From: Nemertoderma westbladi | Lineage: Eukaryota; Animalia; Xenacoelomorpha | Assembly: GCA_032718475.1 (NCBI GenBank) | Contig: JAUCBJ010001372.1 | Span: 2,706 to 66,705 of the forward strand | DNA: 64,000 nucleotides | Direction of reading: 5' to 3' | Part shown: positions 24,268 through 38,658 of the stretch, piece by piece | How the letters are laid out: every line of letters begins with the position of its first letter | Numbering within the stretch: the first letter of the stretch is position 1 | Notes under the pieces: model-generated | Database searches by the model: none | What the model was told of the DNA's origin: nothing | The model's input: the letters and a program-made list of their open reading frames with translations, nothing else | Program-made: the position numbers and the translations under genes

Positions 24268-24615
24268 GCGAATTTAGTTCCAATGGAAACGAATTTAGTT
24301 CCAATTTTGGCGAATTTAGTTCCAATTTAGGCGAACTTAGTTCCAATAACTAGAGAAAAATGAAAACGAATTTAGTTCCAATGCAAGCGAATTTAGTTCC
24401 AATGGAAGCAAATTTAGTTCAAATGCAAGCGAATTTAGTTCCAATGGATGCGAATTTAGTTACAATGCATTCGAATTTAGTTCCAATGCATTCGAATTTA
24501 GTTCCAATGCATTCGAATTTAGTTCCAATGCATTCGAATTTAGTTCCAATGGATGCGAATTTAGTTCCAATGGATGCGAATTTAGTTCCCATGGATGCGA
24601 ATTTAGTTACAATGT
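24268..24615. repeat. 21-bp minisatellite (GCGAATTTAGTTCCAATGCAT-like)
   Basis: Visible tandem units. Confidence 0.95.
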
Positions 24616-27129
24616 TTCAGGTGTGGGGCGAGCCACGTATTTGGCAAAGAATCTGTTTAATGATACTATTAGGTGGATGGGTAAATAATACTTGTAAATA
24701 ACTAGCCCAAACAACGTCCAACCTCTTAAACCAAACAATTAGATTCATTTATATTTAATCATTTAAATGATATTAAAAAAAAATGTAAAAAACAACGCGC
24801 GATTCTATGAAACTCTGAATCAGTTACTAATAGTACGGGCTCTGACGGCGTTAAGCGCAATACCTTCGGAAAATTAACGAGACTATTATTTTTGGATGGA
24901 GGACCATGTTAGACGTCAGAACACAGTTGGTGATCGGTATAGCTAATTTGCATTCTAGAACTACAGGCCAAAAACAAGCTAGCTAGCCGACCCCTACCTA
25001 ACTCTATGTTGGGCCCTCTGGTTGAATATAAATGCAATCATTTTTTTCAATTGAACAGTTTTCTTATAGAGGGAAGACCGGCGATTAATTTAAATACAAA
25101 TATATCGCCACTTTTATTTTTTAAATGCGATAAATTTACATGAGAACAAAATACATTCACTTTTTTTAAGAATCCAACATTTACATTAACTGCCATAAAA
25201 TGTAGCTACTTTGGTTTAACACGTTCAAACATGTATCAAAATTTGCGCTAATTATATCTGCATTCACCCATGCAACTCATTTTGGATGAGTACTAAATCC
25301 TCCTAGTCAATTAGCCCGATTATTATCGGGGAAACGATAATCAGAGAATATTCAGAGAAAGTATACTCTCTGACATTTGGAAATATTTACTACAGTTACT
25401 AAGGTAACTAACTATTCTGTGAACGGCACTCCCTTACTGTACATGTATTACCTGGCGTTGTGTAGTTTCCAGGCGACTGACTGTATACACTAAACACGCA
25501 GGCACAATCAAGTCGTTTTAAAGCAGCCCCCTGTGTTTTTTTTTAATAAGAGTTAGTAGTTTACAGTATGTACCGCCGATGTTCTTAAAAATTTAGCAAA
25601 TCCCGCAAGGTATTGCGAATTAGTGATTTCGAAATGCCAACAGAACTAAAAGACTGCGGGCCCAAACTCACAAAAAGTGGCCAAAAACGTTTCCCAAACG
25701 ATTCGACTTAATTTTAGAATGAAATTTTTTTTGGAACCTAGTAAAGTTATATATATTTTTGAAGATAATTTTATGGTCCAACAGATACACAAAAAATCAT
25801 GCTGCCACTACGACTTTGAAAGATTTTACAGACCTTTTAGTACTAAAAAATGCAGGTTTTTCAATTGTCCAAAAAAGTTCATTGCATTGGGGGGGATGTA
25901 TTTTGACATCTACTGGGTGTATTTCAACAAGTTATAGCTCATTTTAAAGCTAAATAATAGAGGAATGCAATTGAATAACTTCCAAATTGTTTTATTGATA
26001 TCATATTTAAATAAAACAATAGATAATATACCCCTATTTTTGTCAATTACTTGTCCCAAACGGTAACAACTGAATTCACCAATAGGTTTTTATTTGGATT
26101 CTATAAACTAAATTCTTATTTGAAAGGAAAATCTTCAAGAAGTGGAATGTTCCAGATTTTACGAAAAAATACTAAACACAACCAGAGATATGGCTGGTTT
26201 TATACGTGCGAGTCGATTATGTCAATTAGGATTGTCCCATGTGTAACACCAAGTGCACTGCTTTACCATGCTCTAGAATCAGTTCTAACAAACTTGATAT
26301 TAAGATTCAAATATCAGAAGATAGCCAAGTTCTTGGTCTTTTGCGTGAGTAATCATTTGTTGCAACAATTGACTATGGAATAGACTTTAGTTGCTTTTAC
26401 ATTTATCAGCATGAGCTTTGTCCCACCTGTAACAAAAGCCTGTAACACAAAAAATCGTTACAAGGCGGGACGTCCCACATGTAACATGTAAATCGAATAA
26501 TTTTGGGCTACAGAATGGGACATGTCTTACCTGTAACACTTTAGTAGTGCAGACTTTATAATATTGATAGGACTGTAGGTCATGCACACAGAACAGCACT
26601 ATTAACTGTGAATTGGTACTTACCTACCTACAGTTGTACCGGTAACAGTAACAGTGCTGCCTCTTTATTGCGTTTGATTCGAAGTTATTGGATCTACAGA
26701 TCTGCGCAGTGCATAGAGTTTACTGTTGACTACTAAACAAACTAATCCTAACCAGAACCAGTTATAAGACACTGATACAGACACTATGTGACTACGGTAT
26801 AGAATAGAGACCACATTTCATTACTTATTATTAGACATCAGTTTGCCGTTCCGGTATCAAGATACTGATAGTAAATAAAAATAGGACTAATAATACTGAT
26901 CTGTCTTATATGGAATGCGGTCCATCTTAGATCTATCTTCTGCGATTGGGAGAGGGAGATTGGGAGCTCCGTGAGGGGAGCAGTTAGAGGTGGGGGGGGG
27001 GGAATAGAGGTCTAGGGGAGCAGTTGGAGGTGTGAGGGGAAAGGTAGAGGTGCAAGTGGACCAGTTGGAGGAGCGAGAGGACTAGTTAGTGCGAGAGCAG
27101 TAGGTAGAGGTGCGAGAGGAGAATGGGAG

Positions 27130-27620
27130 GAATTGTGGAGGGTGTGGGAGACAGGGTGAGAAGTACATGAGGATCTGTGGAGGGTGTGGGAGACAGGGTG
27201 AGAAGTAGAGGAGGATCTGTGGAGGGTGTGGGAGACAGGGTGAAAAGTACAGGAGGATATGTGGAGGGTGTGGGAGACAGGGTGAAAAGCACAGGAGGAT
27301 CTGTGGAGGTTGTGGGAGACAGGGTGAAAAGAGCAGGAGGATCTGTGGAGGGTGTGGGAGACGGAGTGGGAGACGGAGTGGGAAGTACATGAGGATCTGT
27401 GGAGGGTGTGGGAGACGGAGTGGGAAGTACAGGAGGATCTGTTGAGGGTGTGGGAGACGGAGTGGGAGCTATGGGAGGATCTGTGGAGGGTGTGGGAGAC
27501 GGAATGGGAAGTACAGGAGGATCTGTGGAGGGTGTGGGAGACGGAGTGGGAAGTACAGGAGGATCTGTGGAGGGTGTGGGAGACGGAGTGGGGAGTACAT
27601 GAGTTTCTGTGGAGGGTGGA
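27130..27620. repeat. 42-bp purine-rich minisatellite (GAGGATCTGTGGAGGGTGTGGGAGAC...)
   Basis: Visible tandem units. Confidence 0.93.
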
Positions 27621-28249
27621 GAGGAAACTGATGAACAATTTATAGGTTTTGACTAACTGCTCAGCCATAGTGATATACAGTTATAAACTCGGTAATAAAC
27701 TCGTCATACTTTGTGAATTTTCATATAAATCGTCCGTCACTAAAGTACCTAAAGTGGTTAAAATGTTTTATAAACTCTTTATGTTTATTTGATAAACTAT
27801 AATATTTTATAATTTTTCGAGAAATGGGGACCATAAAGATTTATTATGATTGATTTTATTATCAAATAAGCTTTATTGGGATGTGTTACTGGGATCAGGA
27901 ATGGCTGCATAGCTCCCACTCAGAGACGAATTCTAGGTTAAGTTAACATATCAGTGTAATTACAACTGGTGTTACATAGTGGGACAAATTGTTACAGGCA
28001 TCGGAAATCACCATTCAAGGGCTCTGATTGGCTGATATCGGGCGTTACATTGTGGGGCAAGTGTTACAGGAATGGATATCTGTTTTTCTCAATTATTTGT
28101 TACCATGAGGTCGGGGCTATTGGGAAATTACCACCATTGAATTCAGCGCATCGAGAGCTTTCTGGTGATATATAATATTACATACTTTGGGAAACTTTTT
28201 TTTTTTTACAAAAAAAATAATTTTTTTGGCCAATTTTTTGTGATTTTGA

Positions 28250-28820
28250 GCCTGCGTACTAGGAGTACACGCTTTTACAGGAAACGATCAGGTTTCATCA
28301 TTCTTTGGAAAATCTAAAAAACGCTGTTGGAAGATAGCTGAAAAGCGTTCGAACTTCAGAAGAATATTTGCCGAGCTTGGAAGCTCGATAATATTAACTG
28401 CAGAGACGGAATTGGTGTTAGAGAAGTATGTGTGCTCACTGTGTTCAACCAAACAAGAACAACATTGGACTGTCAATGAGCTTAGATACCAGATTTTTAA
28501 TTTACACTGCCTAAAGAAACATAGATGCCATGACTTGTCAACAATGCCCCCTTGTAAAAGAGTACTTAGTCTCCATATAAAACGAGCCAACTATGTTGCT
28601 TACCTCTGGAAAGCATCACTAAATAATATTATCGCGATAAATAGATTCACAGACCATGGCTGGAATGATGATGGATCCATCCACTGGTAGGATGAGTATT
28701 TATTTCCCTTATGACATCAGCAATATTTTGATAAATTGTGACGAGGAACAAGAAGGCGGCAAAGATAATGGCTGGCGAAGATAGTGAAACGAGCGATGAG
28801 GATGAAGCAAGTGATTAGTT
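28250..28820 (+). pseudogene. C-terminal remnant of Academ-type transposase (XPG/FEN1-like H3TH region)
   Basis: GVHAFTGNDQVSSFFGKSK, LEKYVCSL, VNELRY, MPPC..L.LHIKRANY.A.LWK, HGW...IHW. Confidence 0.8.
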
Positions 28821-30552
28821 TAGGACAACTTTCATGATTCATTTGGCATTATTGCCAATGCATTTACATTATACTGTATTAGTAGTAATATATTATATTT
28901 ATTGATAATTACTAAAATTAAATAGTTAAATAAGCAGCAAAGTTCTGGCGACAAAAAGGCTCTGCAAATCTGATTGCACTACCGGATGCTAAACTTACTA
29001 CGTATATGTGGAGACATACTGTAGGACAGTGAAGTAGAACATGATGTTCGTCCTGTACAGCTCAGTTGTCGCACTGACAGACTAATGAAGAATTCTAATG
29101 AAGAATTAAGTAACTTATAACCAGGAGTGTTTGCATTCTTACATAATTTGAATATACAGTGGAAAGGAATATCCATCCATATCTATGTTCTTAAGCATTT
29201 ATGTAATAAAATTTTTCATAGGCTTAAGAATACGTTACCTTAATGGTGGAACCCCCAATTAGACTAAACAGAGTTCTATAAGAATTTGTACACGGACATT
29301 TAATAGTATTTTACCATCCTACACGCCTTCCATTGTTGATATATTTATTACCTTACAGAAAACTATATAAGATATTACTTTTCCTTTAATACACTCGATT
29401 TACTGATATACCTACTTACTTATATTGTAATATATTCATTGATTGCATGGCATTTCTGTTCTGTACGTTTCGTTTATGGCAAATTATATTCCCTCTGGTA
29501 AACAAAATTTGTTGCTGTTAAATAAATAATTACAATTATATTGAAGAAATGACAATTTATTTTAGTAAATATTATTTTCCTAATTGCTAAGAATATTATA
29601 ATATATAAGCTACTGTAGTAGAAAAGTTTGAAAGCGAAAGTATAAATTCTGACTCTCAGAATATCAGTTCCATCTTTGTATTATTTTTAGAAGAATTTGC
29701 AACGATCTGTGACTCAGTTTATGTATAAGCGCATGAATTTTGTATAATACATTAAAAAACAATTAATATAATGTAAGGAATCGCCTACACTGGTACACAA
29801 CATAGGCCTACAGTACATATAGTTGCCTAGTAACTGTAGTAAATATTTGCAAATGTCAGAGAGTATACTTTCTCTGAAAATTCTCTGATTATCGTTTCCC
29901 CGATAATAATCTGGCTAATTGACTAGGAGGATTTAGTACTCATCCAAAATGAGTTGCATGGGTGAATGTAGAAATAATTAGCGCAAATTTTGATACATGT
30001 TTGAACGTGTTAAACCAAAGTAGCTACATTTTATGGCAGTTAATGTAAATGTTGGATTCTTAAAAAAAGTGAAAGTATTTTGTTCTCATGTAAATTTATC
30101 GCATTTAAAAAATAAAAGTGGCGATATATTTGTATTTAAATTAATCGCCGGTCTTCCCTCTATAAGAAAAATGTTCAATTGAAAAAAATGATTGCATTTA
30201 TATTCAACCAGAGGGCCCAACATAGAGTTAGGTAGGGGTCGGCTAGCTAGCTTGTTTTTGGCCTGTAGTTCTAGAATGCAAATTAGCTATACCGATCACC
30301 AACTGTGTTTTGACGTCTAACATGGTCCTCCATCCAAAAATAATAGTCTCGTTAATTTACTGAAGGTATTGCGCTTAACGCCGTCAGAGCCCGTACTATA
30401 ATATGCGTGAGTCAAAATGGGCAATTTACTTCCATTCAATTTCAACGGATTTAGATCCTAGACACTCATTATGCTCAAAGTGTAAACGGATTCAATTCCG
30501 ATACATCATCCACCCGAAAATGGGAGCAGTGGCATTTTTCCAATATAGTTGG

Positions 30553-31155
30553 TGATACGAGATTACCAATATTAATCTCGCCTCACAACCAACTTTGGGG
30601 GGGGGGGGGCACAAGCCCTAAAGCCACAGAGAGAGGTGAGAGTTCAAACCACCTCAGAGGGAGAACAGAGGTAGAGGCTAGCAGCGGGGGGGGGGGGGGG
30701 GACACTCGCAGGGAGTGCCAAAGTGACAATTAGTATATTAGCCAATAGCAGGGAGGGAAGCACGTGAACAGAGATAGGAAAGCATCCACTGGGTACACAA
30801 GGCCAAGTAGAGTAAGAGGTAAAACCAATATCTGTGTGTATCAAATCATATATTATTCTGCATTAGTGATTTACCGGTCAGTTGATTAGTTACAGAGTTG
30901 CAGACCGGTCATAGTTTATGACCGTCACCGCCACTAACATCACCAATTAATCTGTGTATTTTCTGCTGTTATATCTGTGTTGATATTCATTACTGATTTA
31001 CCGATTGTGCTATTATCGTTCGGAGTATTAATATTGAGAAACAGAAACTCTATTTTTCCCCGACGGCCTATGGCCAAAGCGAACTAGAGCAACTGCCCAG
31101 CAGAACGGTGACGCATACAAATCTAACCCGGTCGGGATCTTAGGATCCCGTCACA
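30553..31155 (+). repeat. Probable solo LTR of a family related to the Bel/Pao element
   Basis: Ends CGGGATC..GGATCCCGTCACA like the 547-bp LTR, starts with TG plus a hairpin (CGAGATTA/TAATCTCG), similar size. No TSD found, so the left end is uncertain. Confidence 0.55.
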
Positions 31156-31582
31156 CAAAGGTCAATAATTATGGTGTGGGTTCAACAGAGGACTCATAAC
31201 TAGTGTCCCTTATACATAAAACTGTGGCTGATGTCATAATGCGAATCTTCCATGACTTAATCACATTGTGATTTATTGAATCAATGTTTGCATGGGAAGA
31301 CCCAATCTTGTCGAAAAATTGACAATATTGTCGAAATGAACTTAGGGTGATAGATCATAGGTGGATTTTTATGGCTGAGAAAGAGGTAGATAACCTAATT
31401 AAAGGAAAGGGTTAAGAGGGATCAAAAGAAAGTTACAATGAGAGGAATGAGAAACTGAATATGGAGCAGGAATGTTTTTTTAGATGGTATATTTGCTGAT
31501 TAGTTATGGTAGTTTTGGTGACATCTGTGTAAATCAGGCTGAATGATGGTAAACTATTACAAGTTTAACAGCAGAAGGAAAA

Positions 31583-33134
31583 GTGAGGGGCACTGAGCGA
31601 CATTGGAATAAATTCCGATATGCTGGATTGGCAATTTGTAAAGAAACTTTCAAATTTATACATGGCATCGGGAAAAAACGATTTGAATTGTTGGTAAAAC
31701 ACTTTGATGAGTTTGGTGTTCAAATACGTGTGCATGGATTAATTGGAAAGTCCGGCAATAGATCCAAGAACAGTGAATTTAATCCAGTTGACCTTGTCGT
31801 GAGTGCTAAACGGTATGTCGAAAATATTGCAGACAATACTGCAATACCATTACCAGGTCGGCTGCCTGGAGTTAAAGATTTTTCATTGGTCCAGTTACCC
31901 AGTGCTTTAACTAAAAACGAGGTATATCGCAGATACATTGTTAGTTGCATTGAATCAAATAAACCATCAGTAAAGTACTCCACTTTTACCAAGATTTGGC
32001 GAACATATACACCACACATTTGTACTATGAAGCAAATGTCAGACCTCTGTGAGGTCTGCAAGAGGAATGGTCTACTGATCATACGAAGTGCGGCTTTCCC
32101 AGAAGAAGTTCGTGTTGAAAAACTGAACATTGCAAGGGAACACATCGAAACGGCTAACCATCAACGGGAGTTTTATAACAGTTTAGTAACAAACCCCATA
32201 GGTAGAACAATAAGTTGGGATTTTGCCCAAAATCTAAGTTACCCGTATAGTCCCCAGCAAGTGGGGCCACTATATTTCAAGGTGCCTCGTAAGTGTGGCC
32301 TTTTTGGCATACAAGATGAACGAGATCACGAGCAACTAAATGTCTTAATTGATGAGGAGGATTTTTGTGGAAAAGGTGCTGATGCGACTATTAGCATGAT
32401 TCACTACTACCTAAACGATGTTAAGGAGGATGAGCTAGATTGTTTCGCCGACAACACCGTAGCGCAAAATAAAAATAAAGCTATGATTGAGTATCTATCA
32501 TGGCGGGTGGATTCTGGAAAACAGAAGCGAATTTCTCTAAATTTTAACCTGGTGGGTCATACCAAATTCTCCCCGGATCGAAGTTTTGGACTTATCAAGA
32601 AGAAGTACTCTATCTCTGATGTCAACACACTGGATGATATTGTTGATGTAGTGAAAACGAGCACTCAAACTGGGAAAAACAAAGTCGTTACTTCTATGAA
32701 TACAGCCACTGATCAACGAAACATAATTTGTTATGGTTGGACCGAATTTCTTGGAACTTCGTTTAAGACTATTGAACGGATAACAGACTACCACCATTTT
32801 GAGATCAAACAGTCAAATCCTGGAAAAGTCATCCTGAAGAAATTGATTTCTAGTGAAGTTATTCAAATGTTCTATCCGTAAATCAACTGAAAAGGGATCA
32901 GATCTCTTAGTCGAACTACCGAAAGGTTTGCCTGCGGCTAAGGTGCCACAAGGACTATCACCAGAACGCCAGTGGTACCTATATGAACAGGTTAGACCTT
33001 ATTGTCTTTCTGAACTCTCTAGAGCTCTCTTCTGTCCGAAACCGGATATACCACGACCAACAAAAGCAGGAAGCAAACAGTTATGTGTTTCTAACAATCA
33101 TCGAGATGTTGCTGGGCCATCTGTAGAAGTGTGA
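31583..33134 (+). pseudogene. DDD-type transposase, Sola1-like, frameshifted near 32860
   Basis: CEVC, WDFAQN, GPLYF..PRK, FADNTVAQNKN, LVGHTKFSPDRSFG motifs; tail GLSPERQWYLYEQVRPYC...CPKP; CSVC..GH knuckle near 33165; candidate right end ...GGTCAC|ATAT at 33728. Confidence 0.75.
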
Positions 33135-33989
33135 CCACCAAATAAGAAACTAAAAGAGAACCGAAAATGTTCAGTCTGCAAGGCTGTTGGTCATAGTAAA
33201 AAATATCACGATTATGTTTAATGATCTTAGGATAATAGCAAAATAAACTGATGTCGAATTCCTAATACAGTTTTGGTATTTTTACTATGTCTACTGGTAT
33301 GTTTACTAAATCTATTAAAATTCTGAAAAAAAATTAAAAAAAAAAAAATTAATTATTTAATTAATCTTTTAATAAATTAATTAAATTACTTCAAATGACT
33401 AATTAATAGATTAAATAATAAAAAAATATTAAAATAAACCATAATGTTCATGTGCAATAGTACTACAAGGTATCTTTATTATTTTTTAGTTCTAAAATTT
33501 TCCAAACGTATACAGTAGGCCTTCTAATTTTTTTAAATAAATTGTGAAAAATTAGCATCAACATTGTCTGACATAGGTTCACAAAAGTAAGGATAACTCC
33601 AAAACTAAAAAATATATGACTTAACGGTTTTCAGAATCGGACTCAGCGAACAATTTTCCATTAGAAAGTGCCAAAATCCTAAAATCGAGTATCCAGACCC
33701 TAAGCCCCCTTTCTATGTAGCAGGTCACATATATTGTCTATTTTAAGAACATATTTTATAATTCAAAACACAGACTTATCTTTCTTATGTTATACCACAA
33801 CAACTAACAACATAATACGTCATATACGAACGTAATATATTTCACATATTGTGAATTTATTTTTGTCAGCTACTGGGAGCCTTGTACTGGATCCGCTCGT
33901 TAGTTTACATTCATTTTAAACTGCCCGTCCGTAGTTTATCACTCCCCCCCCCCCCCCCCCATAATGTTGGATGATATTCTCTTTATGTT

Positions 33990-34125
33990 GTACAGTACAA
34001 TGTATTTACTTACAGTACAATGTATTTACTTACAGTACAATGTATTTACTTACAGTACAATGTATTTACTTACAGTACAATGTATTTACTTACAGTACAA
34101 TGTATTTACTTACAGTACAATGTAT
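33990..34125. repeat. 20-bp minisatellite TACAGTACAATGTATTTACT
   Basis: Perfect tandem units. Confidence 0.95.
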
Positions 34126-34134
34126 TTTTGCAAT

Positions 34135-35025
34135 TGAAAACAACCTTGTTGGTCCGAGGTTGCATCATGTACCGAAGGGAAAACAACACCTTGTGGGCGT
34201 TCATCATATACCGAAGGGAAAACAACACCTTGTGGGGGTGCATCATGTACCGAAGGGAAAACAACACCTTGAGGGCGTGTATCATGTACCGAAATGAAAA
34301 CAACACCTTGTGGGGGTGCATCATGTACCGAAGGGAAAACAACACCTTGTGGGCGTGCATCATGTACCGAAGGGAAAACAACACCTTGTGGGGTGCATCA
34401 TTTACCGAAGGGAAAACAACACCTTGTGGGCGTGCATCATGTACCGAAGGGAAAACAACACCTTGTGGGGGTGCATCATGTACCGAAGGGAAAACAACAC
34501 CTTGTGGGCGTGCATCATGTACCGAAGGGAAAACAACACCTTGTGGGGGTGCATCATGTACCAAAGGGAAAACAACACCTTGAGGGCGTGCATCATATAC
34601 CGAAAGGAAAACAACACCTTATGGGGGTGCATCATGTACCGAAGGGAAAACAACACCTTGAGGGCGTGCATCATGTACCGAAAGGAAAACAACACCTTGT
34701 GGGGGTGCATCATGTACCGAAGGGAAAACAACACCTTGAGGGCGTGCATCATGTACCGAAAGGAAAACAACACCTTGTGGGTTTGCATCATGTACCGAAG
34801 GGAAAACAACACCTTGTGGGCGTAGGTGTATGGCCATTTCCGACCCGGACGATTCCGACCCATGAAAATTTCATTAGACCCTCTGGATGGGTCGGAATTG
34901 TCCGGGTCGGAATTGTCTGGATCGCAATTGTCCGGGTCGGAATTGTCCTAACTTCGTGGGCATGCATCATGTACCGTAGACCTTGTGGGGGTGCATCATG
35001 TACCGAAGGGAAAACAACAGCTTGC
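34135..35025. repeat. 39-bp minisatellite (TGCATCATGTACCGAAGGGAAAACAACACCTTGTGGGGG) interrupted by a small foldback insert at ~34823-34955
   Basis: Head-to-tail units; insert has TTCCGACCCGGAC / GTCCGGGTCGGAA inverted motifs. Confidence 0.93.
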
Positions 35026-35879
35026 ATGGATGAATAATGTCTTAAAAAGGTTCGATAATAATAATGGGTAATAAAAGGCTTAAATTAATTGAAACAAAGG
35101 TTTGCCAAAAAGTTTTTGGAAAAGTTTTTTGGACTTTTTGGAGATACTGGGTTTTGGCATAAATCCAAAGCCCAATATCTCCAAAAAGTTTCATATCAAA
35201 ACCCAGTATCTCCAAATAGTTTCATATCAAAACCATCAATGACTATGCTATGCCTATTTCACGACTATTTCATGAGTAATAATTAAATTCTGGTAAATAG
35301 ATTCCTGTTTTTTATTGGATGGCTAAATTAACCAATAGGCTTCCCTTGGTTCTGACAAATTTTGGGTTCATTTAATAGCTTTGATCATCAATCGCAGAAG
35401 GTCCAAAGTCTTCTGCGTTTTTCTCAAAATGAAAAATTTGGGGATACTGGGTTTTGGAATGAAAGGGCCGTATAGCAGGGTTAGGTATGCGCCATGTATA
35501 TCGGACAAAGCAGTGATGTATGTGTATTGAACATTTTCGAGGTGTAGGCTTAGCGTTTACCCCATTTGTTTATGTGAGAAAATATTTTGAAAAAAATAGA
35601 GTTAAATAAATGCTAACTGAAAGTGACTATCCTCAACAATAAGCATTATCTGGCTAGCAGGTTTATTGACTCACTTAAACATCAAGTGGATCTACCTATC
35701 AATATAATCCATATAGTGTCGTCCCAGTCATGCAAATTGCTTTCATTAAAAGGGAAAGAAGACGATTTTGGGAACAATGGAGCAGCTGTAGAGATAAATT
35801 TGAAAGGGTTGTCAAGTAAATAGATAAGTCAAATCGCTTGTGAATCAATATATAATCGGCCTCATCCATTGCAGCTGGA

Positions 35880-36270
35880 AATGAATGATCGGTCTGTCAA
35901 CAACAGTGCGCCGCTATCACTCCCTATCACCCATGACTTTCGCGAGATTATCTGCATCTTCAAGGCCAGTGTCAGTTAAGAGTTAATAGGCATCTTAAGG
36001 AAGTCATAGGCTGTCCCCATCTTGCTTATTTTCTCCATGAGAGTGCCAAAGCACAAGATTGTGCACAGGTTAGTCCTCACAGCTAAAGCAATGTCCTGCG
36101 AAGCAGACGTGAATCTGTTCAAGTCACAAGATTGGGAGGACCTCCAATAATATATAGTGTCTGGATGGAGATGTGTGCATTGTACTTGACAGTCACAGTG
36201 AAGCCAGTGTGGCATTCATGTGTATGTGTCATCCAGATATTTGGTCCTCCTGGACAGCCCATTCAATGTA
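35880..36270 (-). mobile_element. Degenerate 3' end of RTE-like LINE
   Basis: Shares CACCCATGAC, GCATCTTCAAGGCCAGTGTC, AAAGCAATGTCCTGC with 47380-47747. Confidence 0.75.
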
Positions 36271-36471
36271 ACTCATGCCTTCCCTTCACCTGACCTCCGG
36301 ATCCCTTGATCCCAGGTAGGAGTCATTGGTCTGCCAGTTCTGTTTTGTCATAGAAATATACTTTTCATAGCTAATTTTACTAAAAGGAATGAGTGAATAT
36401 TGTATATCCAACTTGGCAAGGCAGATTAACTTTCGGGTAATTACACAATTTAATTCAATCCCTGAAATTGA

Positions 36472-36712
36472 GAGACAGGGGGGAAACTGGATGCAAAACC
36501 CGCCTTGTCGAATTAATATCCCGCCTCAATGTTAAAAGCTCAATTTAGGGAATGGAGCCGGTTACAGTGGCACGTTATTTTAACCAAAACAATAAACTAA
36601 ACACAATAGAACAGGTTACAATATTATTTTTGAGAGTAACCAGCTGTTATTTGCGTCCAATTTCCCCTGGAGAGGGATGAATTTTTATTGCATCCAGTTT
36701 ACCCCCTATCTG
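36472..36712. mobile_element. hAT-like MITE
   Basis: ~24-bp TIR (AGAYAGGGGGKAAACTGGATGCAA) and 8-bp TSD GAAATTGA; a partial related copy lies at ~51137-51260. Confidence 0.7.
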
Positions 36713-38658
36713 GAAATTGAATAATGTCAGACATTCCTAGGGTAAAGTGATGAGGGGAATGATATAGTTAAAGTTAATAATTGTTTTTCATCTAGATTTG
36801 GACTTGCTGAGAAAGTAATGTTCTTCGATAAGAGAACAGTCTCGGAAATAAGCACTTTTTGTCGCTAATTTTAATTTACCCAGATTCAATTATGCTGTCA
36901 GAGAGTTTTAGGTTTTGCAGGAATTGCACCTAAAATGCCATCGAATGCAAAATTCAATACACGAGGGCAGAACATCTGAATTTCGGTTAAATTAAATTAC
37001 AGTAGTGACAATAAATTATTTCTGAAATTATTTCTTTTTTTTTTATCAACAACTATTTTATCTACAAGTAATTGATCCTTTTTTTTATCTATTAGGGCCT
37101 ATATTTATAAAACTAGTTTACGGTAAAAAAAAATTAATTTCGCACTACCATATCTCCACGCCATGCATTTACTATGTACAGTATTTCCAGTATGTCATTA
37201 TTTGGTTGTTCTAGAAAGTTTAAGAGCATATAACTAATAATAATTCCCCACAAATAGATAAAATTAAATTCCCCACTGTTCATAATTAGCACTTTAAAGT
37301 TTTACTGCCCATGTTTTATTATTTCCCTGCCATCAGGTCTCGAACTAATAACACAGCACCTGTCAGTCGACTGAGCTAGAATTTTGCACTTTCTATCACA
37401 AATTTAGGGATAGAAAGTACTCGAAAGATGCACTTTCTTGCTCTGTTTCCGGACTTTTCAGATAAAAATATTGTATATATTGTATATATAATTGTGGCTG
37501 TGGGTCCAGTAAATGCTGAAATGATATATAGAAAATCTCATCACAACATTTGAGTCTTGTGGTAATAGTACTGACTCATGATAGCACTGTCAGATAGCTG
37601 CCGTACATACCACATTCTGACATTCCTGCACTACAGCACTAGAGACTAGCTTAACCGGTAACACATTCTTACTAAAAGCCAGAGGCCCTAGAGTATACTG
37701 TATATTATATACTATATGCATATATATACTAATATACTATGTATATTGTATACTATGTATACTGTATCTTATAAAAGTCATGACAATATTACTGCCAATA
37801 ATTTATTTACCATTTAAATAAGAGAACTTGTCAGTGGATAAATATATGTGTGCAACCAAATTCAAAGATTTCAAGATTGCATTTTATGTATAACCCAAAT
37901 AATCCACATAAATGAAAACATTGAGGGTCTTTAGCTGGATTATTATATTAATTACAGATAACAATAGTAAACGCACAAAAAAAAATTAGTGCACACAAAA
38001 AATAATTTTTGCGCACAATAAATAATTTTTTTTCACGCAAAAATTTTTTTCTGCACGCAAAAAATAATCATTAAGAGCAAAAAATATATTAGGCATGCAA
38101 AAAAATAATTATAACAAATAAATATTTCAGGAAGTTTATTTGAACTGTTTGCTGTCTGACTTTATTATGTTGTGTGCATGTGCGCATGCCCAATGCGCAT
38201 ATGTTAAACCGGTTGTTACCAGTATCAGTAAGGAATGCAGTGCTTACTCAAGAGTTGAGAGTAAAATATCTTGGAAATTACTTCTCAAGGTAACCCACCA
38301 AATTAAAATTATCCGAATTATATGCATGTTTATATAAAGAATCTGCTAAAAAAATGGTGAATCTAGGCTTATTTATAATTTATGCTTTTTTGAGAAGAAA
38401 CACTTTATTAATTAATTAAGTGCTCGTTATAAATTTCAATTTCTAAATAATCGATATTATTACTATAATAATGGTTGAACGGTTTATTGTTTATATTTGC
38501 TCTGCTGGGCCATTCTGTTATATTATAATCCGGTAATTGTATTTAATAATGTATAAATTCATGTCTAGTCTAATTTAAGTACTGTATACTGGAGTTGTGC
38601 AATTATAAGTAGACCCTTAATTGGGTACAGTTAATTGATTAAATATACTACTACTTAA

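Larger units (their letters stand above)
24831..30398 (+). mobile_element. Academ-like DNA transposon, internally deleted, ~580-bp TIRs
   Basis: TIRs 24831-~25410 and ~29820-30398 with TAG...CTA ends; 3-bp TSD TAA (24828-24830, 30399-30401); internal XPG-like remnant. Confidence 0.8.

Noticed and set aside
27012-27668. His/Ser-rich and W/E-rich ORFs (likewise 24360-24701, 33971-35037, 48776-49114)
   Set aside because: Open in several frames only because of minisatellite periodicity.
34135-35025. 39-bp array resembling a CRISPR locus
   Set aside because: Units are head-to-tail with no unique spacers, no cas genes, eukaryotic context.
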